Shown: positions 11,001 through 21,081 of the stretch, in pieces | How positions within the stretch are numbered: the first letter of the stretch is position 1 | Layout of the letters: the number at the start of each line of letters is the position of its first letter | Assembly (NCBI GenBank): GCA_963793135.1 | Contig: CAWBYX010000028.1 | Span: 119,886 to 183,885, forward strand | DNA length: 64,000 bases | From: an uncultured Verrucomicrobiae bacterium | GTDB lineage: Bacteria > Verrucomicrobiota > Verrucomicrobiia > Chthoniobacterales > JAFAMB01 | Direction of reading: 5' to 3' | Made by a program: the position numbers and the translations under genes | The notes under the pieces: generated by a model | Told to the model about the DNA's origin: nothing | Database searches by the model: none | The model's input: the letters and a program-made list of their open reading frames with translations, nothing else

Positions 11001-11521
11001 AAGTTTTCCGGTCCGAATATTTCGGCGAAATCGGCGGCGGATTTCTGTGCCTTACTCAGGTCGCCCGCCTGGATCGCCATATTGATTTCGCCTTTCAAGC
11101 AGGCGCTCATACCGATCAGTCCCTCGCTGTGCTTCGCGAGTAACTCTTTGTCGATCCGTGGCTTATAGTGGAAACCTTCGAGATGCGCGGCGGAGACGAG
11201 TTTCACCAGATTGTGATAACCGCGAAGGTTCTTTGCCAGCAGGGTGAAGTGGAAGGCGGCGTCGCGGGCAGATGAAGCGCTTTTGTCGATCATCGAGCCG
11301 GGTGCCATGTAGACTTCGCATCCGATAATGGGTTTTACGGCTGCCTTCTCGGCCGCCTGATAGAACTCGATCGCACCGTAAAGGTTGCCATGATCGGTCA
11401 TCGCCACAGCGGGCATCCCTAACTCGGCTGCCTTTTTCATCAGATCGGGTATCCGAATAGCGCCATCCAGGAGCGAGTATTCCGTATGAAGATGGAGGTG
11501 GACGAATGGGTCGGTCGACAT
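8099..11521 (-). CDS. dnaE: DNA polymerase III subunit alpha
   Basis: 1140 aa; [22 protein letters not shown] motif, [35 protein letters not shown]. Confidence 0.98.
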   Translation of the reverse strand: [1140 protein letters not shown]

Positions 11522-11608
11522 TGGAACCTAACCTACCCGCTCCGGGCCTCTCCATCAACGGCGCGGGTTTGGCATTTCCGTATTTTGTGGCAGACTAGAG
11601 CCTCTCAA

Positions 11609-11690
11609 GCCGAGGTGGCGAAATTGGCAGACGCGCCAGACTTAGGATCTGGTGGAGCAATCCTTAGGGGTTCGAGTCCCCTCCTCGGTA
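11609..11690 (+). tRNA. tRNA-Leu (anticodon TAG)
   Basis: Cloverleaf by eye: GCCGAGG acceptor, CCAGA-CTTAGGA-TCTGG anticodon arm, GGGGTTCGAGTCCCC T-arm, CCTCGGT+A 3' end; CCA not encoded. Confidence 0.93.
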
Positions 11691-11945
11691 AAGACTTACT
11701 CTGGAGAACTTCCTTCCTTGCCAGTTTACGGCAGCGGCAATTTTGCTATAACTAGACCGAATGGCATTTTGCTGGACTGGCTATTGCGGTTGCTGTTTAT
11801 ATTAAAAAGTGCGGATAATTTTGGAAATAACACTATTGAAGACGTCATCTCAAAAGGCGCAACTTAGGTTGGACCTTCACGAAGCCACGGCTAGAACTAT
11901 CTCGCCTTCAAACGGGGAAAGGTCTTTGATGCCGCAGGAGGCAAA

Positions 11946-12497
11946 ATGAAAATAGGACGGCACTTTGGAATTGCTCTTCTCGCCATCCTCGTGGTCGCCG
12001 GAGTTTCGTCTTGTTGTTCAATAAGAAGCTATCTGGCTTTTCGTGACATCGGGCCGGACGCAATATTCCAGCCAAAGGCTTCGTCGGTGTACGTGACGCT
12101 GATTTTGCGCAATATTTCGCCTTCTGCCGTTATCGATTGGAAAGTCGCGTCCGAACAAATGTGCACACATTCCACTGGCAGGATAAGAGGAGATATCGGG
12201 TCTTTTGAGCAGACCTGGGATATGGGCACTCCAGAACAGCGTATCTGGTTCTGGTGGGATACTTTGTGGGGCGAGGCTGACGCTACTGTCATGGTGAACA
12301 ACATCGTACTATTCCAAGGTCATTGCGTTAATTCTAGCTACGGCAAAGTCTCAATGATCGCGACGTGCATCGATCCTCAAGACTATAAGACGGGGGGTAC
12401 GGGACCTTTTCTCAAAGAGCCGATAGGCCTGAATGAAACCAATATCGTTTTCGCCACTTCGGGTCTGCCTCCGCGCTTCGGAACGATTGGCAACTAG
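11946..12497 (+). CDS. Hypothetical exported/lipoprotein-like protein
   Basis: 183 aa; signal-like N terminus MKIGRHFGIALLAILVVAGVSSCC. Confidence 0.6.
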   Translation: MKIGRHFGIALLAILVVAGVSSCCSIRSYLAFRDIGPDAIFQPKASSVYVTLILRNISPSAVIDWKVASEQMCTHSTGRIRGDIGSFEQTWDMGTPEQRIWFWWDTLWGEADATVMVNNIVLFQGHCVNSSYGKVSMIATCIDPQDYKTGGTGPFLKEPIGLNETNIVFATSGLPPRFGTIGN

Positions 12498-12562
12498 TGC
12501 TTAGTTGCCTGCTGACTAAGTAATGATCGAATAGCCGTTTCGAATGCGGGCGATACGGGGGC

Positions 12563-13060
12563 ATGCCGATTTTCAGCGAAGCTTTTCATCTTGCCATCGC
12601 CGGTTTTTCCTGGTCAAAAGCGAAGACGCCCTTCAGCTCAATGAACAGCAAGATCTTTCTTTTCCTCGTTTTATTTCTGATCGCAGGTTCCGGCTTTGCC
12701 GAAGATGCGATGAAATTCGTTTCGCCGGACAAGTCGACGACACTTGTGATAGACAAATCCGGCAAAAGAGACGTTGCCGAGTTGCAGTCCGGGAAGAGAG
12801 TGCATCGGCTCTTTTATGAGGATCTAGACTCCATTTTCAAGCCGAAGCTCGCGGAGGCGTTTGGCGCCTCTCTAGACAAAGTTGGGAAGATTGTGCTCCC
12901 GACATTTACCAGCGCGCGCTGGATCTCTGCAGACGAAGTGGAAATTAAAGGGGAATCAGTCGTGATCATTAACGACGGCGACGGTGATGAATTCACTTTT
13001 ACAGCGTCGGTTTCGAAGTCGGGCAACGTGAAACAGTTAACGGTGACTCCGAAGAAATAG
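12563..13060 (+). CDS. Hypothetical exported protein
   Basis: Signal-like segment KIFLFLVLFLIAGSGFAEDA; the real start may be the internal MNSKIF. Confidence 0.55.
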   Translation: MPIFSEAFHLAIAGFSWSKAKTPFSSMNSKIFLFLVLFLIAGSGFAEDAMKFVSPDKSTTLVIDKSGKRDVAELQSGKRVHRLFYEDLDSIFKPKLAEAFGASLDKVGKIVLPTFTSARWISADEVEIKGESVVIINDGDGDEFTFTASVSKSGNVKQLTVTPKK

Positions 13061-13160
13061 TGTCGGTGCCAGTGCCAGTGTCAGTGGGAATGGAAACGTG
13101 CCTGGAAAAGGCGCCTTTGCCCCTCATTTAAGGATCACTTTACCGCTGATCTCCGTGTTC

Positions 13161-13427
13161 TTACTCCAGATGATTTCTTTTTAAAATGCCTCTCAGCGTT
13201 TCGTTGAATTTCAATACGGCCTCGTCTTGCTCTTCGATCCGACTAAGACTCATAAAAAGGAGCTGCTCGCCGTGAGGTGAAGAGTTCACGAGATGCTTAA
13301 AAAGAGTCGCCAAATCTTTGACATCCGTTTCAAGTTGCCGAAGCCGCTCGCCGTAGTCGCCTGGCTCTTTTGGTTGCGATCCTTGGATCTGTTCCCAATC
13401 GTCCGATCGTTGCTTTTCTTCAGACAT
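13161..13427 (-). CDS. Small hypothetical coiled-coil protein
   Basis: 88 aa, charged and helical (YGERLRQLETDVKDLATLFKHLV). Confidence 0.5.
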   Translation of the reverse strand: MSEEKQRSDDWEQIQGSQPKEPGDYGERLRQLETDVKDLATLFKHLVNSSPHGEQLLFMSLSRIEEQDEAVLKFNETLRGILKRNHLE

Positions 13428-13512
13428 AGGCGCGAGTATGCCATTTCGGTAAGAGGTGGCAAAGCTGATTGGTGAGGTTTTATTGCGGAAAGCAGGTTAG
13501 AATCTTCGCCCG

Positions 13513-14017
13513 ATGAACCTGAACCGAGATCTTGAGATAATTGCAAAGCAGGAGCGGGAACTGGTGTTCCCTGAATTCGACGAAGAGACTGCCTGGAAGC
13601 TGGGATCGAGATTGCGCGAACTGGCGTTGGCCCGGCGGTTACCGGTAGCGATTGAGATAAAGCGAATTGGCCAACCGCTCTTCTACAGCGCCTATGGGCG
13701 GCAGCACTCCGGATAATGCGGAATGGGTAAGGCGCAAAGGTAACATCGTGGTGCGTTTCCACCGAAGTTCGTACGCGATCGGCTTAGAGCTGAAACGTAC
13801 CAACTCGACCCTGGCCGAAAAGTTCGAGCTCCCGTCGGCGGACTATGCCTCGCATGGTGGATCGTTCCCCTTGAAGGTGGCTGGAGCCGGGATAATCGGT
13901 TCCGTAACGGTATCCGGGCTCCCACAGCGGGCGGACCACGAGTTGGTGGTGGAAGTTCTTTGCGAACTGCTGGGGAGAGATGGCCTGGACTTTGCTTTAC
14001 CGAGCCAGGAAGAGTGA
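13513..14017 (+). CDS. Heme-degrading/UPF0303-like protein, split by one frameshift near 13694
   Basis: ORF 13513..13716 (…[18 protein letters not shown]) joins in another frame to [34 protein letters not shown]...[39 protein letters not shown]. Confidence 0.7.
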
Positions 14018-14033
14018 TGAGTGAGGAGTATGC

Positions 14034-14179
14034 TGGAGTTCAGGAGTTGCAGGAGTTCAGGACGATTCAGATCAGAAAAGATGAGTGGCAAATCAAGATT
14101 TTCTCGCAGGACATCCTCGACGGTACCGATCGCTCCCGATTCTGCAACTCCTGAACTCCTGCAACTCCTGAACTCCTGC
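14034..14179. repeat. Inverted-repeat intergenic element (GGAGTTCAGGAGTTGCAGGAGTTCAGG / CTGCAACTCCTGAACTCCTGCAACTCCTGAACTCCTG)
   Basis: Complementary arms at 14034-14060 and 14142-14179 around ~80 bp; a related arm occurs at 60079-60110. Confidence 0.8.
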
Positions 14180-14183
14180 TTTA

Positions 14184-14420
14184 TCACCCCGTCTGATTCT
14201 GAATCTCGGTGAATGTCACGGAGGTGACGTCGACGCCGGTGGTCTGATCCGGACTTAGAATCTCAATCCAGCCCGGAGCTATCTCTACGACCAATCGACT
14301 GTACGGGCTAACCCAAGCCTGCTCGCGGCTGACAATATGGATCGAATTGCCACCGGTGCGGTGGATCGTAAACGGGTGCCAATCTTTGGCCTTCAATAGG
14401 TCCCTGATCCGATCAATCAT
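14184..14420 (-). CDS. Small hypothetical protein
   Basis: 78 aa, MIDRIRDLLKAKDWHPFTIHRTGGNSIHIVSREQAWVSPYSRLVVEIAPGWIEIL. Confidence 0.5.
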   Translation of the reverse strand: MIDRIRDLLKAKDWHPFTIHRTGGNSIHIVSREQAWVSPYSRLVVEIAPGWIEILSPDQTTGVDVTSVTFTEIQNQTG

Positions 14421-14672
14421 GAGTTATGGCTAATCCTAAAAGCGTTTGGATACAAGCCTTGTACTGACCATTTTGGTCCTCGCCATTCTCTTTGGGTAAC
14501 TTGATTTGCCGGTCCATTTTGCGCGGCGCTCGGCTAGAAAAAAGAAGGCATCGCACAGAGGTTCACCAAGGACACAGAGGAGATCGAACAAATGGCGCTT
14601 CTCCTAAACGGGCCTTAAATGGCGGGACGCGTCCTGCAGCCGCCCGAAGACGAAAGTTCAACGGTTCAAAAT

Positions 14673-15851
14673 TCAGGAGACCAATCTCCTAGAGCCCGGG
14701 GCGTATCTGAAACCGCTCAATCGAGGTAACTCGTGGAGCCCTTTGGCGAGGAGCAAGAATTTGAAAGCCATACCCATGTTCCCAGGATGCATCAGCGTTC
14801 GGTACGGTCCGAGAAATGCCGTGTGAGCCGATGCCAATCCGCCGGTTTGGACCTCCTTTTCAAGCGCCAGGAGCCGCGACTCGCCTGCGCCGACCATAAA
14901 ATGGTGCTGGTCGAGATACCCGGCCACGCGGAGAGAAACTTTTTCAGCAGCTTCGGCAAGCGATGTAAAATCGACATGGGTCGTAATGTCGATTTCTCCC
15001 GGGCGCTCCAGCGGATTGTAAGACCGCCGGTGTCTCGAATAACAGGACAGCGTGCCCTCCGTGCGTTCCGGCTGATAGTATTCGTCACGCGAGAATCCGT
15101 AATCGACAATCAACACAAATCCCTGCTCGAGTCTGGTATTGACTGCCTGGATCCAACGGTTGGCTGCCAGGTTCACTTCGGTTCTGTACGGTGGCGTAAC
15201 AGGCACTGGAATTTTATCAATGGCCTGAACCAGTTCCGGCGCTTCGATCTTCGCGGGAACGAAGCAGAAATCTCTCTCGGAAATATCCACCCAAAGTTCT
15301 GACCATTCGCCGTCTCGGTAGAGGACTATGTGGACAGGCATGGCATCCACCAGTTCATTCGAGATGAAGGCACCGATGACGTTATCCAGATCGTGTAACC
15401 CGGTCAGCCATGTTACTTTCTCGAGAATGGTGGGTTCCATCCGTGCCCGTTGTTGAAGCTGCTTGTTGGGTATCGGCTCCAGGATGGTGTAGCGAATGCA
15501 GGCGGCGGCTTCGATGCATTCTTTTGTGATTGCGGACAAGATATCGACTGCCAGTTGGCCATCTTCGGCCCCTTCTTCGACGATGGTGAACCGTGGCGGG
15601 TTGCCAAGGAGCTTCCACATCTCGATGAGCTGAGAAGCCAATAACTCCCCGTAGAGCGGGCCGACACTGACATTGGTGTAGTAGTCTCCTTGCCGGCCGA
15701 TCCGGAGACGTGTCGACGCGTAATAGCCGTATTCCGGGTGGTACAACGCCTGCTCCATAAACCAGGGAAAAGGGACGGGGCCGTATCGACGGAGATGGTT
15801 CCGGATGAGGTTGACGAGCGGCGAAGATCCTGGCATCGGGCAGCGGAGCAT
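14673..15851 (-). CDS. SAM-dependent methyltransferase, MidA/NDUFAF7-like
   Basis: GPVPFPWFMEQALYHPEYGYY, TIVEEGAEDGQLAVDIL, GAFISNELVDAMPVH, IVDYGFSRDEYY. Start likely at internal MPGSSP. Confidence 0.88.
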   Translation of the reverse strand: MLRCPMPGSSPLVNLIRNHLRRYGPVPFPWFMEQALYHPEYGYYASTRLRIGRQGDYYTNVSVGPLYGELLASQLIEMWKLLGNPPRFTIVEEGAEDGQLAVDILSAITKECIEAAACIRYTILEPIPNKQLQQRARMEPTILEKVTWLTGLHDLDNVIGAFISNELVDAMPVHIVLYRDGEWSELWVDISERDFCFVPAKIEAPELVQAIDKIPVPVTPPYRTEVNLAANRWIQAVNTRLEQGFVLIVDYGFSRDEYYQPERTEGTLSCYSRHRRSYNPLERPGEIDITTHVDFTSLAEAAEKVSLRVAGYLDQHHFMVGAGESRLLALEKEVQTGGLASAHTAFLGPYRTLMHPGNMGMAFKFLLLAKGLHELPRLSGFRYAPGSRRLVS

Positions 15852-16006
15852 TCGACAATGGAAAAATCGATCGGATAGTCAAACGAAAATCCTGGATAAA
15901 GCCGGACTGGTGTTTCTAAATTTTCCATTTGATCCGGGCGGCGGGTCGTGAAAGGGGTTGGTCCGCGCCTTTGTACATTCGACCGCGCCTTTATGATGAG
16001 TGAACC

Positions 16007-18487
16007 ATGAGTGAATTGGAGCGCCGCCGACCATTTTTTCTCCGACCGTTTTTTATCATCACGGTCGTGGTCCTATGTCTCTTAGGCGGGGCCGGGGCAT
16101 GGTTCGCGCTGGACTTTGTAGGCAAATACGAGAAGAAGGCTGCGGAATTCGATCTCGCAAAATTGGATGCAGTTGAGTCGGCGAGCGTGATCTACGACCG
16201 CTATGGACAGGTTTTCGGTAAGATTTTTATTCAAAATCGGGAACAAGTCCCGTTAGACCAGATTTCCCCGTACCTGGTCGATGCTGTGATCGCGGAGGAG
16301 GATAACCGCTTTTACGAACACAGCGGCGTTGACTTTTTCGGGATGTTTCGCGCGCTGCTCAAGAATACCCAGGCCGGCCGTATCCGGCAGGGTGCCAGCA
16401 CAGTCACCCAACAGCTGGCGAGGAACGTATTCGATCTTCGGGATCGCACTTACGATCGGAAAATACTCGAGGTTTTCCTCGCGATGCGGCTCGAACGGTT
16501 TGTGCCGAAGAAAAAGATCATGGAACTCTACCTCAACCGGGTCTACTTCGGAGGTGGCCTGTACGGGGCAGAGGCGGCGGCTAAGGGATACTTCGGAAAG
16601 CCCGCCAAAGAGCTTACGGTGGGAGAGGCAGCGATGCTGGCTGCTCTTTTGAAAAGTCCGAACAATCTGTCGCCGTGGCACAATTTAGAGGCCGCGACAC
16701 AGGAGCGGGATTTCGTTCTGGGCCGGATGGTCGAGGAGCATAAGATTTCTCAGCAAGTCGCCGATGCGGCAAGGCAACAGCCGCTCCAGGTACAGCCGAA
16801 GGGCAGCGTGGTGTCGCAGTCTTACGCGATCGATTTAATCCGGCAGCAGGTGCAGGGACAGATCGGGCTTGAGTCCATTGGAAGTCAGGGGTACCAAATC
16901 TACACCACCCTGGACCCCGTTCTTCAACGAACGGCTGAGGAATCACTTCAGCGTGAGTTGGAAAAGGTTGAGGAACAGCCCGAGTATCAGCATCAGAAAT
17001 ACGCTGACTACACGAGTTTTCTGAAGACGTGGAAAACCACGCATACGGCTCCCGCGACGCCTCCGCTCCCGGAATATCTGCAAGGATCTGTGGTGGCCGT
17101 GGACAATCGGACCGGAGGGATATTAGCGCTCGTCGGGGGACGCGATTTTTCCCAGAGCGAATACGATCGCGCGCTCCAGTCGAAGCGGCCGGCAGGAACT
17201 GCGTTTATTCCTTTGGTCTTCACAGCCGCGCTGGAAAAGGGGGTTTTTCCGGGTGCGTTGTTCGAAGACTCTCCTCTGGATAATCGTCAGGTGATGATCG
17301 GAGGCACCACTGGCATTCTGGGTGAGTGGGGGGTGGAACGGGCGGATAACCAGTACGAAGGGCCGCTGCCGATGCGCCGCATTTTTGCGATGTCGAAGAA
17401 CGCGGCGACGGTCCGAATCGGCGTGGAAGCGGGTCTCGATTCCGTGCTCAAGCTGGCGAAAAAAGCTGGGATTCAAGATGATCTGCGTCCTTATCCCGCA
17501 ACTTTTCTTGGGAGTAGCGATGTCACTCTGGCGGATCTGGTCACTTCTTACACCATGTTTCCTGGAAACGGTTCGCGCCCGGAGCGTTTGTTGCTGGTCA
17601 ATAAGATTGTAACACAAGATGGCCAGGAGATTTATCACTCGGAACCGCAACGGGTGAAAGTGATCGATCCGGGTGTCGCCTTCGAGATGCATTCCTTTTT
17701 AACGGAGGTCATGCAGACCGGGACGGCTTCGAATGCGCGCCAGCAATTCGGATTGAAGCAGTTTCCGGCTGCCGGAAAGACCGGCACAGCGTACAACTTT
17801 ACGGATGTCTGGTTTGTCGGGTACGATAGCGAGGTTACCTGCGGTGTGTGGGCTGGTTTCGATAAGCCTCAAACGATCATGCGCGGAGCATTTTCGAATC
17901 AAATAGCCTTGCCAGTTTGGACCGACATCATGAACGCTTCGCTGGCCAAGCAGCCTCCCAGAGAGCTGGGAAGACCGATCGATCTCAAGCGCGTTGAAGT
18001 CTGTCTTGATACCGGTCTGCCGGCCTCCCCGAAGTGTATGCTGACCTCGGTTGCGGATCCATGGTTGCCTCCGCGAAAAGGCACGTTTTTCGAGTTTTCG
18101 ACTGCCAAACAACTACCCAATGAAACTTGCTGGCTGCATGGAGATGATACCCGCTCCTTTGTGCGAAATCTTCGTTCGCAAGACGCTCCACGTGCCACAA
18201 ATGCGACCGACCCCGCTCAGACGGCTCCAGTGTTGGTTCGCGAAGCGACACTGCTGGGGGACGATCCCTATCAATCCGTAAAGCCGCGCCCCAAAGAACC
18301 GCCGCAGCTCGCCCAGGCGAAAGCTGATTGGACGCCAGCTCCTCGCGCTCTTCCTGTCGACAAACCCCCACCTGAAGTTCGCCGGGCGGAGCCAGCCGGC
18401 CCACTCGACCGCCAGCAGCAACCGCCACCAGTCGATTTACCGACGCCTCCGCCGGTGGACCTCAACGACGATCCGACGAATTTGTAG
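16007..18487 (+). CDS. Penicillin-binding protein 1A family transglycosylase/transpeptidase
   Basis: AEEDNRFYEHSGVDFFGMFRA, RQGASTVTQQLARNVF, PAGTAFIPLVF, SKNAATV, GKTGTAYNFTDVWFVGY. Confidence 0.96.
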   Translation: MSELERRRPFFLRPFFIITVVVLCLLGGAGAWFALDFVGKYEKKAAEFDLAKLDAVESASVIYDRYGQVFGKIFIQNREQVPLDQISPYLVDAVIAEEDNRFYEHSGVDFFGMFRALLKNTQAGRIRQGASTVTQQLARNVFDLRDRTYDRKILEVFLAMRLERFVPKKKIMELYLNRVYFGGGLYGAEAAAKGYFGKPAKELTVGEAAMLAALLKSPNNLSPWHNLEAATQERDFVLGRMVEEHKISQQVADAARQQPLQVQPKGSVVSQSYAIDLIRQQVQGQIGLESIGSQGYQIYTTLDPVLQRTAEESLQRELEKVEEQPEYQHQKYADYTSFLKTWKTTHTAPATPPLPEYLQGSVVAVDNRTGGILALVGGRDFSQSEYDRALQSKRPAGTAFIPLVFTAALEKGVFPGALFEDSPLDNRQVMIGGTTGILGEWGVERADNQYEGPLPMRRIFAMSKNAATVRIGVEAGLDSVLKLAKKAGIQDDLRPYPATFLGSSDVTLADLVTSYTMFPGNGSRPERLLLVNKIVTQDGQEIYHSEPQRVKVIDPGVAFEMHSFLTEVMQTGTASNARQQFGLKQFPAAGKTGTAYNFTDVWFVGYDSEVTCGVWAGFDKPQTIMRGAFSNQIALPVWTDIMNASLAKQPPRELGRPIDLKRVEVCLDTGLPASPKCMLTSVADPWLPPRKGTFFEFSTAKQLPNETCWLHGDDTRSFVRNLRSQDAPRATNATDPAQTAPVLVREATLLGDDPYQSVKPRPKEPPQLAQAKADWTPAPRALPVDKPPPEVRRAEPAGPLDRQQQPPPVDLPTPPPVDLNDDPTNL

Positions 18488-18500
18488 TCGGCTTATACGA

Positions 18501-19425
18501 ATGACTAGAACATCCGGAATACGTAATGAATTCGAGATTTACGACGAGCGATTTCTTTATCTAACTCTTGGAAACGCCTGGGTCGAAAAGCTTCACACCG
18601 GCTCGCTTTGGGCTGAGGGCCCAGTTTATTTTGCAGATGGCGACTACCTGGTCTGGAGCGATATTCCAAACAATCGAATGCTGCGTTGGGCGGGCGGCCA
18701 AGTGAGCGTTTTTCGGGATTTTGCTAACAATAGCAACGGCAACACGCGTGACCGCCAGGGCCGTTTGGTCACCTGCGAGCACGGAGCCCGGCGGGTGACC
18801 CGAACGGAGCCGGATGGCACAGATCACGGTTTTAGTTGATCAATTCGAAGGCAAGAGGTTGAACTCTCCGAACGATGTCGTTGTCAAGTCGGACGGAACC
18901 ATCTGGTTCACTGATCCGCCTTACGGGATTTTATCCGACTATGAAGGGCATGTGGCCGAGAGCGAATATGGCGGTTGTTATGTTTTCCGTTTCGACCCGG
19001 TGACCGGAAATCTGGAGGCGGTGGTCAAGGATTTCAATAAGCCGAATGGGATTGCTTTTTCTCCTGATGAATCAAAGCTCTATATTGTTGATACCGGCGG
19101 TTCTCACTCGATGGACGGTGAACATCATATCCGGGCTTTCTCCGTCGACAATCAGGGCCGGCTAAGCGGAGGAGACCTCTTTGCCGAGGTATCGCCAGGT
19201 CTGGCAGACGGACTTCGCGTGGATCAGCAAGGTAATATCTGGACGAGCGCCGGAGATGGCGTGCACTGTTATTCCCCGGATGGGGTTCGGTTGGGAAAAA
19301 TCCTGGTACCGGAGCCGGTGGCAAATTTAACCTTTGGCGGTCCCAAAAGGAACCGGATCTTCATTACAGCCACCACTTCCTTGTACGCCGTCTATGTCGC
19401 GGCGACCGGAGCTCAACGTCCTTAG
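18501..19425 (+). CDS. SMP-30/gluconolactonase family protein, split by a frameshift near 18820-18839
   Basis: WVEKLHTGSLWAEGPVYFADGDYLVWSDIPNNRMLRW joins in another frame to RLNSPNDVVVKSDGTIWFTDPPYGI...PDGLRVDQQGNIWTSAGDGVHCYSPDG. Confidence 0.85.
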
Positions 19426-19557
19426 GATATGCTTAACGGCGGTCGTACGGCCCGAATAGGTCACTTCTGGTGATTGCCCGAAGGGGCACGACGCCCCAAC
19501 GGGCACGGAACCCGAAGGATCGAATGATTGGCGCTAAACACTTAAGGCTTTAAAGAT

Positions 19558-21081
19558 ATGCTTACCCAGCAGGCAATCGCGATTCAGCTGAATCGATCGG
19601 ATGACGTATTAATCGCCTGCCAAGACGTTCCGGCCGGGACGCTGATCGACGAGTTCGGGCTAACCGTGCAAAACCCTGTTCCGGCTGGGCACAAGATCGC
19701 TGTTCGGAACATTGCTTCCGGCGAAGCCGTCCGAAGGTACAATCAGATCATTGGGTTCGCATCGAAACCAATCCTGGCCGGCGAACATGTCCATGTACAA
19801 AACCTCAAGGTCGAAACCTTCGATCGTGATTACGCCTTCTGTACAGACGCCAGGCCGACGATCTACGTTCAGCCGGGTGCGACGTTTAGTGGTTTCGTTC
19901 GTTCGGACGGGCGCGTCGCGACGCGGAATTATCTGGGAGTGCTGACTACGGTGAATTGCTCGGCCACGGTCGCCCGAAAGATCTCGGAAGCATTCACCGA
20001 TGAGGCACTGAGCGAGTACCCGAACGTTGATGGCGTCGTAGCGATCACCCATACCACGGGATGTGGGATGGATATCAACGGAGAGGGAATGCAGGTCTTG
20101 CGCCGCACCCTGTCTGGTTATGCACGACACGTCAACTTTTGCGGGATACTGATGATCGGGCTCGGTTGCGAGGTCAACCAGGCGGAAGACCTGTTTTCGA
20201 CTCAGAACCTCCCGACAGGTCCACTTTTATCCTCGATGACGATCCAGGAGTCGGGAGGTACGGTAAGCGCAATAAGGCGGGGCATCGAACGGATCCGGGA
20301 AATGTTGCCGGTGGCCAACCAATTTACCCGTCAGACTGTGCCGGCTGGCCACTTGACCGTCGGTCTCCAATGCGGGGGTTCGGACAGCTATTCAGGAATT
20401 ACGGCGAATCCGGCCCTCGGCGCCGCGGTTGACCTGTTGGTCAGCCACGGCGGTACCGCGATTTTGTCTGAAACACCTGAGATCTATGGCGCAGAACATT
20501 TGCTGACACGACGGGCAGCCTCTCCGGAAATCGGTGAAAAGCTGATTTCGAGAATTCGTTGGTGGGAAGCGTACACTGAGCGGGAGCGGGGGGAGATGAA
20601 TAATAATCCTTCGCCTGGTAACAAGGCCGGAGGACTCACGACCATCCTTGAGAAATCGCTCGGAGCGGTAGCGAAAGGAGGGACTACCAATCTGGTGGAC
20701 GTATTCGAATACGCTGAACCTATTGCCGCCAAGGGATTGGTTTTTATGGATACGCCCGGTTATGATCCTGTTTCTGCCACCGGACAGGTCGCAGGTGGCG
20801 CAAATTTGATTTGTTTTACCACCGGCCGGGGGTCGGTCTACGGATGCAAGCCCGCGCCCTCGCTGAAATTGGCAACCAGCTCGCGGCTGTACCGGCAAAT
20901 GGCGGACGACATGGACATCAATTGCGGGGAAATTCTGGACGGTGGGGCATCGATTCAGGAAGTGGGAGAGCGAATCTTTCAGCTGATTTTGGAAACCGCT
21001 TCGGGGCGGAAATCCCGCTCGGAGGCTCACGGGTTTGGCGCGGAAGAGTTCGTGCCCTGGATGCTTGGGGCGGTCATGTAG
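19558..21081 (+). CDS. UxaA-family altronate/galactarate dehydratase-like hydrolase
   Basis: N-terminal SAF-like domain and GYVRSDGR-type motif (FSGFVRSDGRVATRNYLGVL), HTTGCGM, GCEVNQ, QCGGSDSYSGITANPALG. Confidence 0.93.
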   Translation: MLTQQAIAIQLNRSDDVLIACQDVPAGTLIDEFGLTVQNPVPAGHKIAVRNIASGEAVRRYNQIIGFASKPILAGEHVHVQNLKVETFDRDYAFCTDARPTIYVQPGATFSGFVRSDGRVATRNYLGVLTTVNCSATVARKISEAFTDEALSEYPNVDGVVAITHTTGCGMDINGEGMQVLRRTLSGYARHVNFCGILMIGLGCEVNQAEDLFSTQNLPTGPLLSSMTIQESGGTVSAIRRGIERIREMLPVANQFTRQTVPAGHLTVGLQCGGSDSYSGITANPALGAAVDLLVSHGGTAILSETPEIYGAEHLLTRRAASPEIGEKLISRIRWWEAYTERERGEMNNNPSPGNKAGGLTTILEKSLGAVAKGGTTNLVDVFEYAEPIAAKGLVFMDTPGYDPVSATGQVAGGANLICFTTGRGSVYGCKPAPSLKLATSSRLYRQMADDMDINCGEILDGGASIQEVGERIFQLILETASGRKSRSEAHGFGAEEFVPWMLGAVM

